Shown piece by piece: positions 38,513 through 51,237 of a stretch of DNA of 64,000 nucleotides. A program made the translations under genes and the position numbers. The DNA is from Podarcis bocagei (taxonomy: Eukaryota). Every line of letters starts with the position of its first letter. Within the stretch, counting starts at the first letter, position 1. The stretch lies in NCBI GenBank assembly GCA_964188305.1, contig OZ076888.1; one strand, 5' to 3'. The notes under the pieces were generated by a model that made no database searches, was not told where the DNA came from, and saw only the letters and a program-made list of their open reading frames with translations.

Positions 38513-39370
38513 TTTCCTTCGTTATAGTTCATTATATTTTTGTCTGTTGAAAAAGATGCTTAATACATTTCACTGCATTCTAGTTTCCAATGGGGATCAT
38601 CAAAACACACATTCTGTTCTTTTACTTGCTATTATTTATGCTGCATAGCATTTGAGGTCTTTTGACAATGGAAGTGTATATCTAAGGATAATAGTAATTG
38701 CATAAATAGAACAGAGCTGAAAGCAGGACATTTAAAAATGTTGGTGTATTTGGAAGGGTCCAAATGGCATAAAGATGTTTGCTGGGGAGAGGGAATATTC
38801 TCCCATTGCCAAGGCAACCAAGCTCATGTGCAACTTGGTTGCCTCAGCAATGAGAACATTAACTTCCTACACCAATTTAAACCTAGAGAAAACCTTCACT
38901 TTATTTACCCGCAATAAGATGGCCACCTATCTAAATCAGATTGGCTTAGTGGCTCTGTAATATCACTGTATTCCTTACACAATCCTTATTGTCTGGGATC
39001 ACACAGGGAAGGCAAAATCCTATTCTCTTTGCTGTCAGTACCGCCACCCCAGCACTAGGACAGCAGAGCAGAGGAGAAACAAGAGTTTTGAGTCACTGTG
39101 CTATACTGTGCAGTCAGAACGATCTACTCATGATGATTCCTGTCCTGGTAATATCCTGGCTAGAGTACTGTAATGTGTTACACATGGGTACGTGGAGCTG
39201 CCCTTAAAAGAGAAACTGGAAGGTTCAGTTAGAGCAAAACTCAGCTGCTAAAATTCTGATGCGTACCTTATTTTGGAAGATCAACATTGGCTGCCTATCC
39301 ACTTTTGAAATCAATTTACAATGCTGGTGTTTACCTTTAATGACCTAAACAGCTTAGGACACAGATACCC

Positions 39371-39715
39371 AAAGAGACCCCTGACCATTAGGTCCAGTCG
39401 TGACAGACTCTGGGGTTGCGGCGCTCATCTCGCTTTATTGGCCAAGGGAGCCGGCATACAGCTTCCGGGTCATGTGGCCAGCAGGACTAAGCCGCTTCTG
39501 GTGAACCAGAGCAGCGCATGGAAACGCCGTTTACCTTCCCACCGGAGCGGTACCTATTTATCTACTTGCACTTTGACGTGCTTTCGAACTGCTAGGTTGG
39601 CAGGAGCACGGACGGAGCAACGGGAGTTCACCCCGTCGCGGGGATTTGAACCGCCAACCTTCTGATCAGCAAGTCCTAGGCTCTGTGGTTTAACCCACAG
39701 TGCCACCCACGTCCC
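39371..39715 (-). mobile_element. Sauria SINE, inserted in an old L2 fragment (~39140-39850)
   Basis: Typical Sauria SINE body (gtcatgtggccagc..ggaaacgccgtttaccttcccaccggagcggtacctatttatctacttgcac..gctttcgaactgctaggttggcaggagc) with a tRNA-like head. Confidence 0.9.
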
Positions 39716-41093
39716 ATTTCCCCATACTAGCCTGTTCAAAATGGCCTCTTTAGTAGGGGCATTATGTTGACACAAAGGAAAGGGCCTTTTCTCTGGTGGT
39801 ACCCTGACTTTGGAATGCCGTCCTTAGATGATATTGGGATTGTACTCTATGCTGTTCTTCATTTTTCACTTTGTCTTGTTGTGCTTTGTTATGGTTATTT
39901 GCTGGTTCTAAAATATATTTTGCTGAATTAATCCTAGTCACACTTTTTGTACACCACATTGATGAACAGCAGTTAAGAAATTTTCATTTTAAAAAAGTAT
40001 TGTGAACTGTATAGAAACTGGATTTTAGGAGGTTTTCAAAGGGTTGTGTGTGCCCCTTCAAAGCTCCATTTTCACTGTGCAACAATTTTGAGAGGGAGCA
40101 CTTGGTGTGACCCTAATTAATGTATTGTGTCTCCCCATAAGACTTCTGTGAAAAAGACTAGCAAGGCAGAGCGTATCAAGGCAATACCTTATACCTTTGA
40201 TTTAAGAAAGGAATTCTAACAGTTTGGGATATTCAGGTGAGGCATCTCCAGAGAAACTAATTTTCTGACAAACCTCCCTAAGTGTTCTTTTCAAGTCTAG
40301 GAATAACATGTCTTTCTCCCCCAACTCTAATTTATGATGTACTCCTGGTATCTGTCTAGTTGTGCCATACATGTGTGGATTTTCTTTACGGAATAAAGAG
40401 TTGGCAACAAATTGCTTTCCTTCCATACCCAGGAAAAGCCACCACTGCAGGAGGAGACATTTTGTAATGTCACCTCTCTCAAATGTGAAGCCCTCTGGAA
40501 GGGGCAGAACCCAGAAACCTTGAAAATGCACATAGATAATTCAGTATAAGTCATCACTTTAGCAAAATTCTCATCTAGGGCCACCTAGGGCTCTCTTTCA
40601 TTTTCTAACAAAGCTTCGAAATCAGGCTTATAGCTTCTCTGACAACTCTTGCCAAAGAGATGTAAACTGAACACATAACCCATCTCCACTAAAATATTTC
40701 ATCACATATCTCTTATATAGAAGGGAAGCACCCCAAAGTGACTAAGAAAGTCACTTCACTTCCTCAAGTGAAGCAGTGAAATGCCAACAGTAATATTTCA
40801 AAGAAGCTGAGAATTACATATGAAAGCTTGACACGACATGGGGAATCTGTGGCCCTCCAGACTCTCTAATGTTGGACTCTCTAATGGCCAATAGCCAGGG
40901 ATTATGGAAACTGTACTCCAGCACCAACAGGAGGGTCACAGGCTCCCCACCTCTGGTGTAACACCCATATGTAATACAAACAAAATAGTACAGGGTGGAG
41001 ATGGCATAGGCAAACCATTTCAAAATGAACCAATATAATATAAATATAATGTGCTGGTCAGAAATCAGGTGTCAATTTAAACAGTACTCATAC

Positions 41094-41223
41094 CGGGAAA
41101 TGAGATGCGCCGCCTCAAACCCACGCAGTCTAATCCTGTAGGTGTGCTCTGGGAATAAAGGTGCAACTTGAGAGGAAGGGCTTCAAAGGCCACAGGTGAA
41201 GCAATGAATGGTCTCATTTTAAC
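41094..41223 (-). CDS. ARHGEF4: ARHGEF4 internal exon (VKMRPFIASPVAFEALPLKLHLYSQSTPTGLDCVGLRRRISFP)
   Basis: Acceptor tctctttag|GTT, donor CCCG|GTATGA; 130 bp, phase 0 to 1; SQSTPTGLD matches the Asef-family SQS(A/T)PTGL motif. Confidence 0.85.
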
Positions 41224-41309
41224 CTAAAGAGAAAGGTAGTAATGGGTAATTAAGGACACACTTAGCTGGGACTCCGAAAAAGCATTTACCTATTTTTTAA
41301 AAATACATA

Positions 41310-41534
41310 CAGTGGTACCTCGGGTTAAGTACTTAATTCGTTCCAGAGGTCCGTTCTTAACCTGAAACTGTTCTTAACCTGAAGACCACTTTAGCTAATG
41401 GGGCCTCCTGCTGCCACCGCGCTGCTAGAGCACGATTTCTGTTCTCATCCTGAAGCAAAGTTCTTAACCTGAAGCACTATTTCTGGGTTAGCGGAGTCTG
41501 TAACCTGAAGTGTATGTAACCTGAGGTACCCCAG
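41310..41534. mobile_element. Tc1/mariner (Tigger-like) MITE, opposite orientation
   Basis: Reverse-complement copy of the 1834-2059 family; TA flanks. Confidence 0.88.
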
Positions 41535-41815
41535 TATTGTATTGTCAATGTTGTTTTCAGACCCGGTATAGTTAGACAGAAAAAGGGAGAGGAAGAGCAA
41601 AGCAAAGATTCTAAAGCAAAGAAATGTTATTATAAAGAGCATAAGGAACTTTGTATGTATCAGCTGCGCAATATGGGTGCTTCCAAGGTGAAGGATTGAT
41701 AAACAGATCGTTCACTGATGTGGGCTTTCCAGTGGGTGGAGCTTGACCGAATGCATCTATGCTGTGATTAAACAAAGAAAAAAGAGCATCTCGATAATGA
41801 CAGTGCCATGTAAAC

Positions 41816-42817
41816 CAGTGTTTCCCAACCGGTGTTCCGCGGCACACTAGTGTGCCGCGAGACGTTGCCTGGTGTGCCGCGGGAAAAATTAAAAAATTCG
41901 AAAGATAGCTTCATATCCGGAGAGGCGGACTTCAGGCGAGTTTTAATTTTAATTTTCCTTCTCCCACTTAATGCCCCACGCTCGCCCGAGCAGCTTGCAG
42001 TCCTCGGTAACCACGGCGACCCGAGGGAGGGGAGGGAACAGGGAAGTCGAGGGCGGCGGCGAGCCGCGATGACGTCAGTGGGCCGCGCCGCCTCGCCCTG
42101 GCACGGTGTGAGAGCCCCGGCTAGTGGCGCGAGCTTCGGAATAAGTGGGATCCGCATGCGCGAGACCGAGATCGCGGGTAAGGAGCTCAGCCCTGGGCAG
42201 GAGGAAGCGGGGCCGCGCGTGCGGGCCACATCCCCACAGAGAGCGAGCCTCCCCCGGCCCACCACTCCGGGCAGGTCCACTCGCATGAGGGGGCGGCGAT
42301 GGCGACGGCCGGCAGCTTGCCTGCAATGCCATCCCTCGAGCAGGCGAGGAGCCCGGAGGCTACCAGATGCGAGTCCTCTTTCCCACCCTGCTCGGGAGTC
42401 CAGAGCACTTGGTCGCATTCAGGATCTAGAGTGGGGAAGCGGGGCTTGTGTCTGGGCTGGACACATTGGGCTGCCTGTGCCGCTCGACCTGCGGGGAGAA
42501 ATCAGGGTGGGAGTCACGACCGTGAGGCAGGGCTGCCAAGTGTGGCAGAAGAGGACACGGCCGTCGCACCTGTCCTTAGGTAGGAGCTTCTTCCGTGTCG
42601 ACCTGCTGCCCTAAAGTCTTGGCTTTTTTCTTGGCTTTTTGGCGGTTGGCACAGAAGGAAGGCAAGGGGGAGGGGAAAAAATTGAAACTTACACTTTCGT
42701 GCGTCCCTCCCGGCGTGACGCTGCGCGCTGACGTCACGGGGCTGTAATGGTGGTGTGCCTCGAGATTTTTTTCATGAAACAAGTGTGCCTTTGCCCAAAA
42801 AAGGTTGGGAAACACTG
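41816..42817. mobile_element. Non-autonomous hAT (Charlie-like) element with a CpG-island-like interior
   Basis: Perfect 15-bp TIR CAGTGTTTCCCAACC / GGTTGGGAAACACTG; perfect 8-bp TSD ATGTAAAC (41808-41815 / 42818-42825); no transposase. Confidence 0.92.
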
Positions 42818-43234
42818 ATGTAAACAATGCCAAGATTTTGCATGAACAAGTAGCACAAATTCCATAATCAATTCCTGCCTGGAAGCACCCTAAGACTCAG
42901 TATGATGGATCTGAAAGGAAAACAATGGCACCCTGTATTAACCCAAGGGGAATAAAGCTGTATCTGATAGCTTTCATCAATAGTTTTGATTATTTATGTT
43001 TTTAAGAACTGTAAACTCTTCAACCTACTCTCCCCATCACTAGTGAACAAATCATGATATAAGAAATGAAAGATAAGCCATTGTGTTGAGGAGTCTCAAT
43101 GCACACGTGACTGCCACATGCTGTTAGAAGTAAAGAAAGCAGCAGAACTGATTAGAGGAACAGCCTGAAGAGAGAAGACAACAGTAGAGAGATGCAGCCA
43201 GAGAGACCAAACAATATTATTTTTGGTTCCTTAC

Positions 43235-43555
43235 TTTTAAATGATCCTCTGGGAGGTTACTTGATTCAATCTCTCTGTCTGACTGTGCCTCTTTAACAAG
43301 CTTCCTCTTCCGATTCCTTTCCATCCATGTGTCATCAAAGCTGAAACGCTTGTATAGGGGTCTGTGTCTCTTCCTCTGGGCATGTTCTTTGGCTTTCCCC
43401 TCCTGAATATGGAAGGGAAGTATCCAGGCCTTGCTCTCTATGTTTGAGAGTGAGGGTGGAGATAGTGGCATCTGAGTAGACCTCTTTCTGCAATGGAGAC
43501 CCCATTTCTCACCTGGTCTCTTTTCTGGTGGGATTTGACTTTGTTGGATATTCTC
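43235..43555 (-). CDS. ARHGEF4: ARHGEF4 internal exon (ENIQQSQIPPEKRPGEK..SFDDTWMERNRKRKLVKEAQ..HLK)
   Basis: Acceptor aaacag|GAG, donor AAA|GTAAGG; 321 bp, phase 0-0; resembles human ARHGEF4 ..SVDDLWLEKTQRKKLQKQA.. as recalled. Confidence 0.85.
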
Positions 43556-44811
43556 CTGTTTTATAAGTAACAGGTGAAAACAAAACAAAAATGTTGTTTC
43601 TTTGTCTTTTGACTATGCTGGGCAGCTGACTATAAAGCAATCATGTTGAATTTGGAATGTCATGTTACATTTGTCCCTCTTCAAAGTAATAACATCTGTG
43701 CCTTATAAACACAACCTAGTGGAGCTTCTAATGATACCCAGATGTTTTAAATGTGGACAACTCGAGCTAAATAAAACTCAATTGTGCACTGGTCTGCATA
43801 AACATGTACTGTCAATAATCATGTTCTCATGCACACTGAGGGAAGAATCACAGTCATGTTGTCAGAACCTCAAGTAGCTGTCAGAGACCAAAGACCCTGG
43901 CAAGTCCCACTAGCACTGCTAGTCCCAGGGTATTGTCAGAAGGTGCATGAAGCCACCACCTGGTGCAGGGCTGGGGTTGGTCAGTGCCATATGAAAGTGC
44001 CAGATACACATCTGCAAATCAGAGGGAATGCATCACCCAAAAAAGAGGACAACACATCTTGAAATAATTCCTATAATTTAAATAGGAATGAAAACAACAA
44101 CACGTCTCATCGTAATGGGGAAGACTGTGACAAAATGTGACAAGATAACTGCTCAGTTTGCTGTCTGGGTGCTGCTCTTTCATCTTAAGGTTTCTTCAAA
44201 TAAAGAACTGCCCTATTTACAGGAGGACACATGACCACCCAGGCACAGTTCTAACTGTAAATCCAAGCATGAATATCTTGCAGTACAAAAAATTGCCCCC
44301 AGAGGGCACAGTGAAATGAATACGCTTCCTTCCTCCAGGAACTTTCAGATTTTTGTTTCCATACACTTGACTGGTGCAATTCAATTTCTGCCAATCTTTT
44401 TTTTTTTTTTTTTTAGAATCCTGCCTCCTCCAGGAATGCTGAAGCATCTCCCTCTGATCACACCATTCTCTGAGACAAAGACTGTGTTCACACGTGCAAG
44501 CCAAATGTATTTTTCTACTCCTTGTGATTTTTCCACATGAACCTATGTTAAGTTGGCACTACGCAAAAACACTCTACTATGATCTCCCCAGATACTTCAC
44601 CTGGAGCATTCATTACATATATATAGGCGTCAGATGAAAATGTTTCTCTTCAACCAGGCTTTGGGCTGATTCACAGTCTATGGCCTTTTAAATGCGTCTG
44701 TGGGAGGGGGGGATTACTGGGTTTTTTGTTTTTGTTTAATTACACATTTTGTGTTCTCATTTTGTATTTTTATGTTGTGAACAAGCCTGTGATCTTCGGA
44801 TGATGGATAGT

Positions 44812-44833
44812 ATACTACTACTACTACTACTAC

Positions 44834-44865
<32 letters not shown>

Positions 44866-44882
44866 GTAATAATAATAATAAT
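44812..44882. repeat. Compound (TAC)n(TAA)n tail of an L2-type fragment (~44590-44882, +)
   Basis: Direct reading; preceded by an L2-like 3' end (caggctttgggctgatt..atgttgtgaacaagcctgtgatcttcggatg). Confidence 0.7.
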
Positions 44883-46040
44883 AGAAATATAAAAATTGCC
44901 ATCATGATCCCAGCACAGTGAGTCTCTGCAGCAATCATTCCTTGAAGCAAAAAAAAATTGGTTGTTTTAAATATAATTTGTGGGTTTGGTTATTTGTTTT
45001 ATTTTAGTAAAGGTGGCTGGCCCATCACTTTCCTTTTAGTGTTTCTTTATCATAAGGCTGAGCTATGGGACTGCACTGCACTACATCTGCTACTGCACTA
45101 ACAATGTGGAACAAACATTGGCAGACCCATGAGACTGAAGCCGAGTAGACACCATACATTTCAAGTACATTTAAAGCATACACTTTAATCCTGGGAACTG
45201 TAGTCCATCCCTCACAAAGCTACAATTACCAGCAACCTTGACAGTTCCCAGGATTCTTTGGGAGGGGTACTTTAAATGTGTGATGTGCATGCAGTCTATA
45301 TCTTTGCAAGAAAATGAACCTTGAAGAAAGGACCATAGCTTGGATGACATGCTTTGCATGTCAAAAGGTCCCAGGTTCAATCCTTGGTATCTCAAGTTAA
45401 AAATGATCAGGTAACAGATAACTTGAAAGTTATCATCTGAGACATTGGAGTGCTGCTGTTAATCAAAGTAAAGGGTTCTGGGCTACATGGACAGATCTGT
45501 CCATCAGGTCAGGGTATGTTGCCGGCAGGGAAACCTTTCACATCCCACTGAAAGACAATGGTGATGTCAGCCACCATAATTTCAAATCAAACAAGATATA
45601 TTTAAAATGAAGTCTGTCCCTTTGTCTGTGGTTTACATGGGCACCTCTTCTGACATAATGTTTGGGGAATCTGATTTAAAACCAGTCTCATAATGACTAC
45701 ATACACGTGGACTCAATTGGTTAGCCACTTAACTTCTCTGGTTTAGACCAGTATGCAGAATGGCCTGGTTGTAGTTCTGGAAAGGTTATACATGCATGTA
45801 GTTCTGCATGTAGTTCTGGAAAAGTTATACAGATAATTAGTTCTGATGCCATATGTCCCTGCATATGCACTCGTAGATTCACTGTGACATTCTATATTCC
45901 ATTTCACTGCTTAGCATATGGAAATGGGCTTTGTTTGGAATGGAAATGGTTTTTAGAAAGAAATAAAAATAAATAACAATGATGCCACACTCCAAACTCT
46001 CAAAACTAAACCACATCATCACCACCACAAAGCAACTCAC

Positions 46041-49000
46041 CTCATCTCTGATGATTTCACTCACTGAAGAAGTTGTGTCCAAGCTGATTTGTGACTGGCT
46101 GCTTATCCCACTGTCCTCTCTCAGATAATCATTATCCAACGAATGCATAGATTGCAAGAAACTAGGTCTAGGCTTCAATGTCTTTGGCCTCTCAGGTGCT
46201 TCCAAGTTGCCATCAATCACCGAGATGTTTCCAAGAGATATCATTGAAGTGGAACTTAATCTTCCAGGATAATGGAAACCCTTGCGTTGAGAACCAGTTC
46301 GAGGACTCTGTGGCTTGGGACTCATGGGTCTACATGGCATATCTTTACGTTCATACATTGACAACTGGGGGCAAGAGGGAGTGAAGTGAGAAAATGATGA
46401 CTGCAGGTCAATCGGACTAATTGGAGATTTCAGCCAGAATTCTTCAAAAGATGTATCTCCATCACTGCTCATCGTTTCCTCTTTCCCATTGCAATCTAGG
46501 CTATGCAGACATTTTATATTCAGTTCATGATTCCTCCTCTTGGTATCCATAGATAGAAAATCACCAGTCCCAGAGGAATCAGAATGTCCACCATCTACAG
46601 ATGAGCCATTAGACACACTTGATTGCATAAACTCTTGTCCATTGCAATCTTCCTGATTTTCCTTGGATGGTCTTCTAGGAAAGCTGCCAGGGATCCTGCT
46701 AGAACAAGAACTCTGCTGTGTTGGAAGAGGACTATTTAAGGCAAACCGCTTTTGGCCATCTGTCTCCTTACTTTTCAGAAATGCTTTCCAAGTTGTTTGG
46801 TGCAACTTGGCTTTTTCCTTTTCATTTTTCACTGAAAACTTTGGACTCTGTTCAGCATTTTCCTTCTCCAGAGATTTAGATTCAAAAAAACTTGAGAAGG
46901 ATCTGTGGGCCAAGGCCAGCCGACTCCTGAATCTTTTACTCTCCGTGTTTTTGTTTCTTTTAAAGTCATTCTCAGATGAGGATTTCTTGAGTTCAGGATA
47001 CTCCACAGACTCATTGTCATTATTCTCAACAGAACCTAAAACTTTCCCTTCAGAGTGCTTTCTTCTTGTCGTTATGGGAGAAGAACTTGTGCCCATACCT
47101 TCCAAGAGTATCCGGCCAGAGCCAGAAGCCTTTCTCAGGCTCATTCTGTTGAAGAGTCCAGCAGGTTTCTCATAAAATAAGTCATCATCGTCCAAATATT
47201 CTGCAAGGCAACGTTCCTTGCTTTGGAAAGCAGAGCTGGGTGAACTGCTTTGAATATACTTCAAGTCATCTTCTATCTCATCCCCTTTATCTCCATCCAA
47301 TGTTTCTGTCTTGGCCTTGACACTATCTTGATTTTCAGCAGACATTAGTTTAGATTTCCTGAAGGATGCCATTTTTGAAAAGGCTAAAAATTTAGACTGC
47401 TTGGAAGATTTCTCTGTGGCCCCAGCCTTATTGTTTCTCTGAACTGCCTTGTAGAAACTGCTGTTACTACCCAGGAAGTTAAATAGGTTCTCATTTAACT
47501 CCTCACTGTTTGTGCTTTCTATGCTGATATTATCTAGGCCTGTGGTGGTATTATCTTGGCTGTCCATTCTCACATTAGTGTCACAGATATCTGTGCTTGG
47601 ATTCCATTGACTGTATCTGCTAATGCACTTTGGCTCCTCAGCAGAAAAGCTCCTGTTCAGTCCTGTGCTTGGAGAACCTTCACAAAAACCTGTTTTTCCA
47701 CGTGCTGTATCACAATGTTTGGTGCCTTCCTTTTCAATAATTTGCTTACTATGGACATTATGTCCTAGGGTCTTATCACCAGCAATGACATTCTGGCGCA
47801 GGTTACTATTGCTATTTATTTCCTGTGTTCCTGCAGTGTCTCGCTGTCTATTTTTGGTCACAGATTCATCTGCCACTGTATAGCCTCCTGGTTCAAACTG
47901 TAGGTTTACTGCTTGGACCGATTCTAAGACAGAGTCACTTTTCACTCGGGAGGGCTTGATTAGCAGTATCTCAGTATTAGTGGCAAGTGGTTCTAAGAAC
48001 AAACCATTTGCATACCCCTCTTCTTTCCAGTTTTGTACAGTACTTTCCATATTTAAATTAGTCCTAGGAGAATTGTTCTCAAGACTAGCTCTTGTATTAA
48101 TTTCAGGGGCAGGCACTGAAGATAAATCAAGACCCATTGCTTCTGCTTCCTCCTCACCTTCTTGGGTGGAGATGCTAACAGGGAACTCATCTTCACTGCC
48201 TGATATAGCATGTACAGGCAGAATTTCATTTCCACAACAGGGTTGTGCATTTGGAGTCTTCTGTGGTTTTGTGGTGTCCACCATGGTGATGAGAGAAGAG
48301 GCTGAGTTCTCATGTTCCAATGTCTCAGTGGTTAATTCATCCACATAGGTCTCACCATCCATCTTATTTGACAGTAGTCGTTTTTGATCAAGAGATTTAA
48401 TCAAGAGAGGTTTTAACTCTGAAAGATTCTCCAATTTTTCTTCCTGGCAAATGTGATGTGGTGTTGGTGTTAGTTCGAAAGCAGAGACATCTTCACCACC
48501 ACCACCACAATAAAAATCCTTCTTTTCTATTCTTGTGAGGTGCACATTTGTTCTCTCCTGAATGGAAGGACATTTTAAGGCATCAGACGCCCTGCTCATG
48601 TTTTGAAGCACTGTTTCCTCTTGTTGCCCCATGACCTTTTTTCCACTTAATGTCAGAATCCCATCAAACATTCCCCAACCTAATCCAAATTCTGAATTGT
48701 TCCTTATCTCAGCTGCCCCTAGAAAGGCCTCAGTGTTTTGCGTTTCAAGGCATTTTCTCTCCATGTTCACCTCTGTGCTAACAGTGGAAGCGTGGATGTC
48801 GTAAGTATTGCCATACTTATCTGCCATGCTATAGCCACCCAGATAATTCTCTTGGGCTATAGCATCACGGCTGTCAGATTCAGAGCTATGATTCTGAAGG
48901 AACGTGTTAATTTCTATCTCACCCTCAGATTTGAACTGATCTTTTCTTAGAACTATTTTGGCATTTATATTTGCTGGTAGAGACTCCAAAGCTGAAGGAG

Positions 49001-50378
49001 TTTCCAGTCTGGAATGATCCTCTGAGTGATATGGCAGCTGGGATAGGGTCAAAGAATCATTCTCTAGTGTATCTGCTCTTTTTGTTGAAAGGCCAAAGAT
49101 ATTTGATTTATCATGCAAATTCTTACTGGTATTCCAGTGGGATCTTGTTGCCAACTGGTTCTTATTTGAGACTAGATGAGTATTAAGAAGTGATTTTTCA
49201 ATACCTGTCTCTTTTTCCATCTTGAAGGACTTCTGTGGGCAGTCACCAAACCTTTCTAAATTGCCCCTTACCTTTTCATAATCTGACATTCCTAGGGGTA
49301 ATCTGGAGCACGACCAACTTAATTTATCAGCCATGCAAATACAGTCATTAGCATGTTCCCTGACCTCTCGGGCACTTATGTTTCCTGGTGAACTGTGCCA
49401 TGATTTCATTTCTACAATCCCTGGCTTTGTGGGTGGCACCAGAAATGTAGATTTTACACATGGTAAACCCGTGGCCTTCAGTTTTGTGTCACACAAGTGT
49501 GCATCTACAGGTTTCTGACTCTCAATACCATTCTTCCTATTGCACTTGGTGTTCAGTATATACTCCCGTTTACACCTAACTTTGGATGATTCACAGTTTC
49601 TCTTACAAGTTCTGTTTGTTTCTAAGTGAATATTCGGCAGACTGCATCTTGAAACAGCTTCTGAGTGGGCAGGAGGATGTTCAGTCTCAAGGGAAGTCAA
49701 TGAGGTTTCAGAGTTTGCTCTGTGACAAGCAAACACTGATCGTCCTGTATTTTTATTGCCTTTGCCAACAGCACCTTCAGCTAGATTTTTTGAGCAGATA
49801 TGCAGGTGTGGCTCTCTGTCAACAGATTTTGCCTCCACTACCAACGAGGCCTCTGTCTGTGACGCAAGGACCTCTTTACTAATGTTAAACCCTGTACAGG
49901 TAATACTGTAAGGTAACACTTTCTCATTTCCATTGATCTCTTCTGTTTTCGAGACTGTTGCCTGTACTTCCAATTCACCTTTGCCAGCTGCTATGTGCAA
50001 AGGTGAAGGCAGTTCACCTGCTTCCTTATGCGTGCATCCCAGATGTCTTGCACACTCAGCCTTGGAGGGAGCTTTTTCTACTTTTCCTTCAGCATACTTC
50101 TGCCATGGTTCCTCTAGTTCTGCAGAAAGGCAGAATGAACTCAGGCTGGTTTCTCTTGTTACATCACTGGCAAAAGACTCCGAGTCTGATGCACTTTCAT
50201 AAGGCTCTGTCTTGATGTCTGACAGTGATTCGCTCTGATGTGACTGGGTCTCAAAATAGTCTTCATCAGTTTCTTGGCCTGATCCACGAATCTCCAACTC
50301 TAACGTACTTGGGACCGAAGAACTCCGGTCTTCTTCAAACTCTCCTTCACTTGTGCAATTTTCTACTGGCTCTGGGGC
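46041..50378 (-). CDS. ARHGEF4: ARHGEF4 (Asef1) giant coding exon of the long isoform, 1446 codons
   Basis: Within ORF 45879..50579. Acceptor tttcttttcag|GCC at 50379/50378, donor GATGAG|GTGAGT at 46041/46040; 4338 bp, phase 0-0. Motifs RLALAHRSFSSFFES..LEKEN, WKAFLKSK, PCRPMSPKPQSPR, HYPGRLSSTSMISLG and PERPK match long-form ARHGEF4 as recalled. Confidence 0.9.
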
Positions 50379-51182
50379 CTGAAAAGAAAGAAAAAAGAAT
50401 CTATCAAAGATGGAACCCCACAACAAAATGGTTATTATGGAGAGAACTACTAATCCACAGACTTTGATTTGTATTTGGATGATATGAAGAGGTAATCTTG
50501 TATGATGTGGCTGGGTAACTTCAGGCCTGGGGTCCAAATTTGGCCCTCTATCTGACCTTTGGAATTCTCCCCAGGCCATACATTTTCTTTGGACATTGAA
50601 AGATTAGTCTTTCATATTTCCAGAATAATACATAATCTTGCCCAGACTCTAAATGTTAAAGCAAGTTTCTACCTCTCATAGCTGCAGATGAAAATGTGGG
50701 GGGGGGGGGGAGGTGTCTCTGCTGCTTAGGATAGGGCATAATGCAGCTCCTGTCTCCCACTGTAGCACTATTCAAATTGTATCAGATTTAAATGCACAAT
50801 GGCACATCTAAATTAAAATGCCTTCAAATTCTTACTTTAATATATAAAGTGCTTTCTGGGTTGTTGGTATCTGTCTGTCTCAAGAAACCAATGGAGTGCG
50901 CCTCTGGGGGTGAAGTCAAACCACTACATTAGCAGCTTTCCTGGTATGTAAAAGCATTTCTAAACCACTTAATATTTTTACACTCTCTAGGCAGTGTACA
51001 CTATAAATATGCATTTTATCCCCAGTGCAAATTCTTTTGGTGATATCCAATCTTAACAATATTCAGTGTAGACCAAGTGAAATCAATAGTCTTCACTTAA
51101 TTCCACTGATTTCAAAGGGTCTACTAATATTGGATATGCTTTTAAACTAGTGAACACAGATGATCTTGTATGTATTAAAAGA

Positions 51183-51237
<55 letters not shown>

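Noticed and set aside
41662-41761. Possible extra minus-strand exon after ttctttgtttaatcacag
   Set aside because: In the ARHGEF4 frame it stops after 33 codons and shows no recognisable homology; unsupported without RNA data.
41768-42614. 216-aa and 260-aa overlapping ORFs
   Set aside because: Stop-poor GC-rich sequence inside the hAT element; no recognisable protein.
45879-50579. 1566-aa ORF read as a single-exon gene
   Set aside because: It reads through splice sites; the first ~67 and last ~53 codons are intronic. The real exon is 46041-50378.
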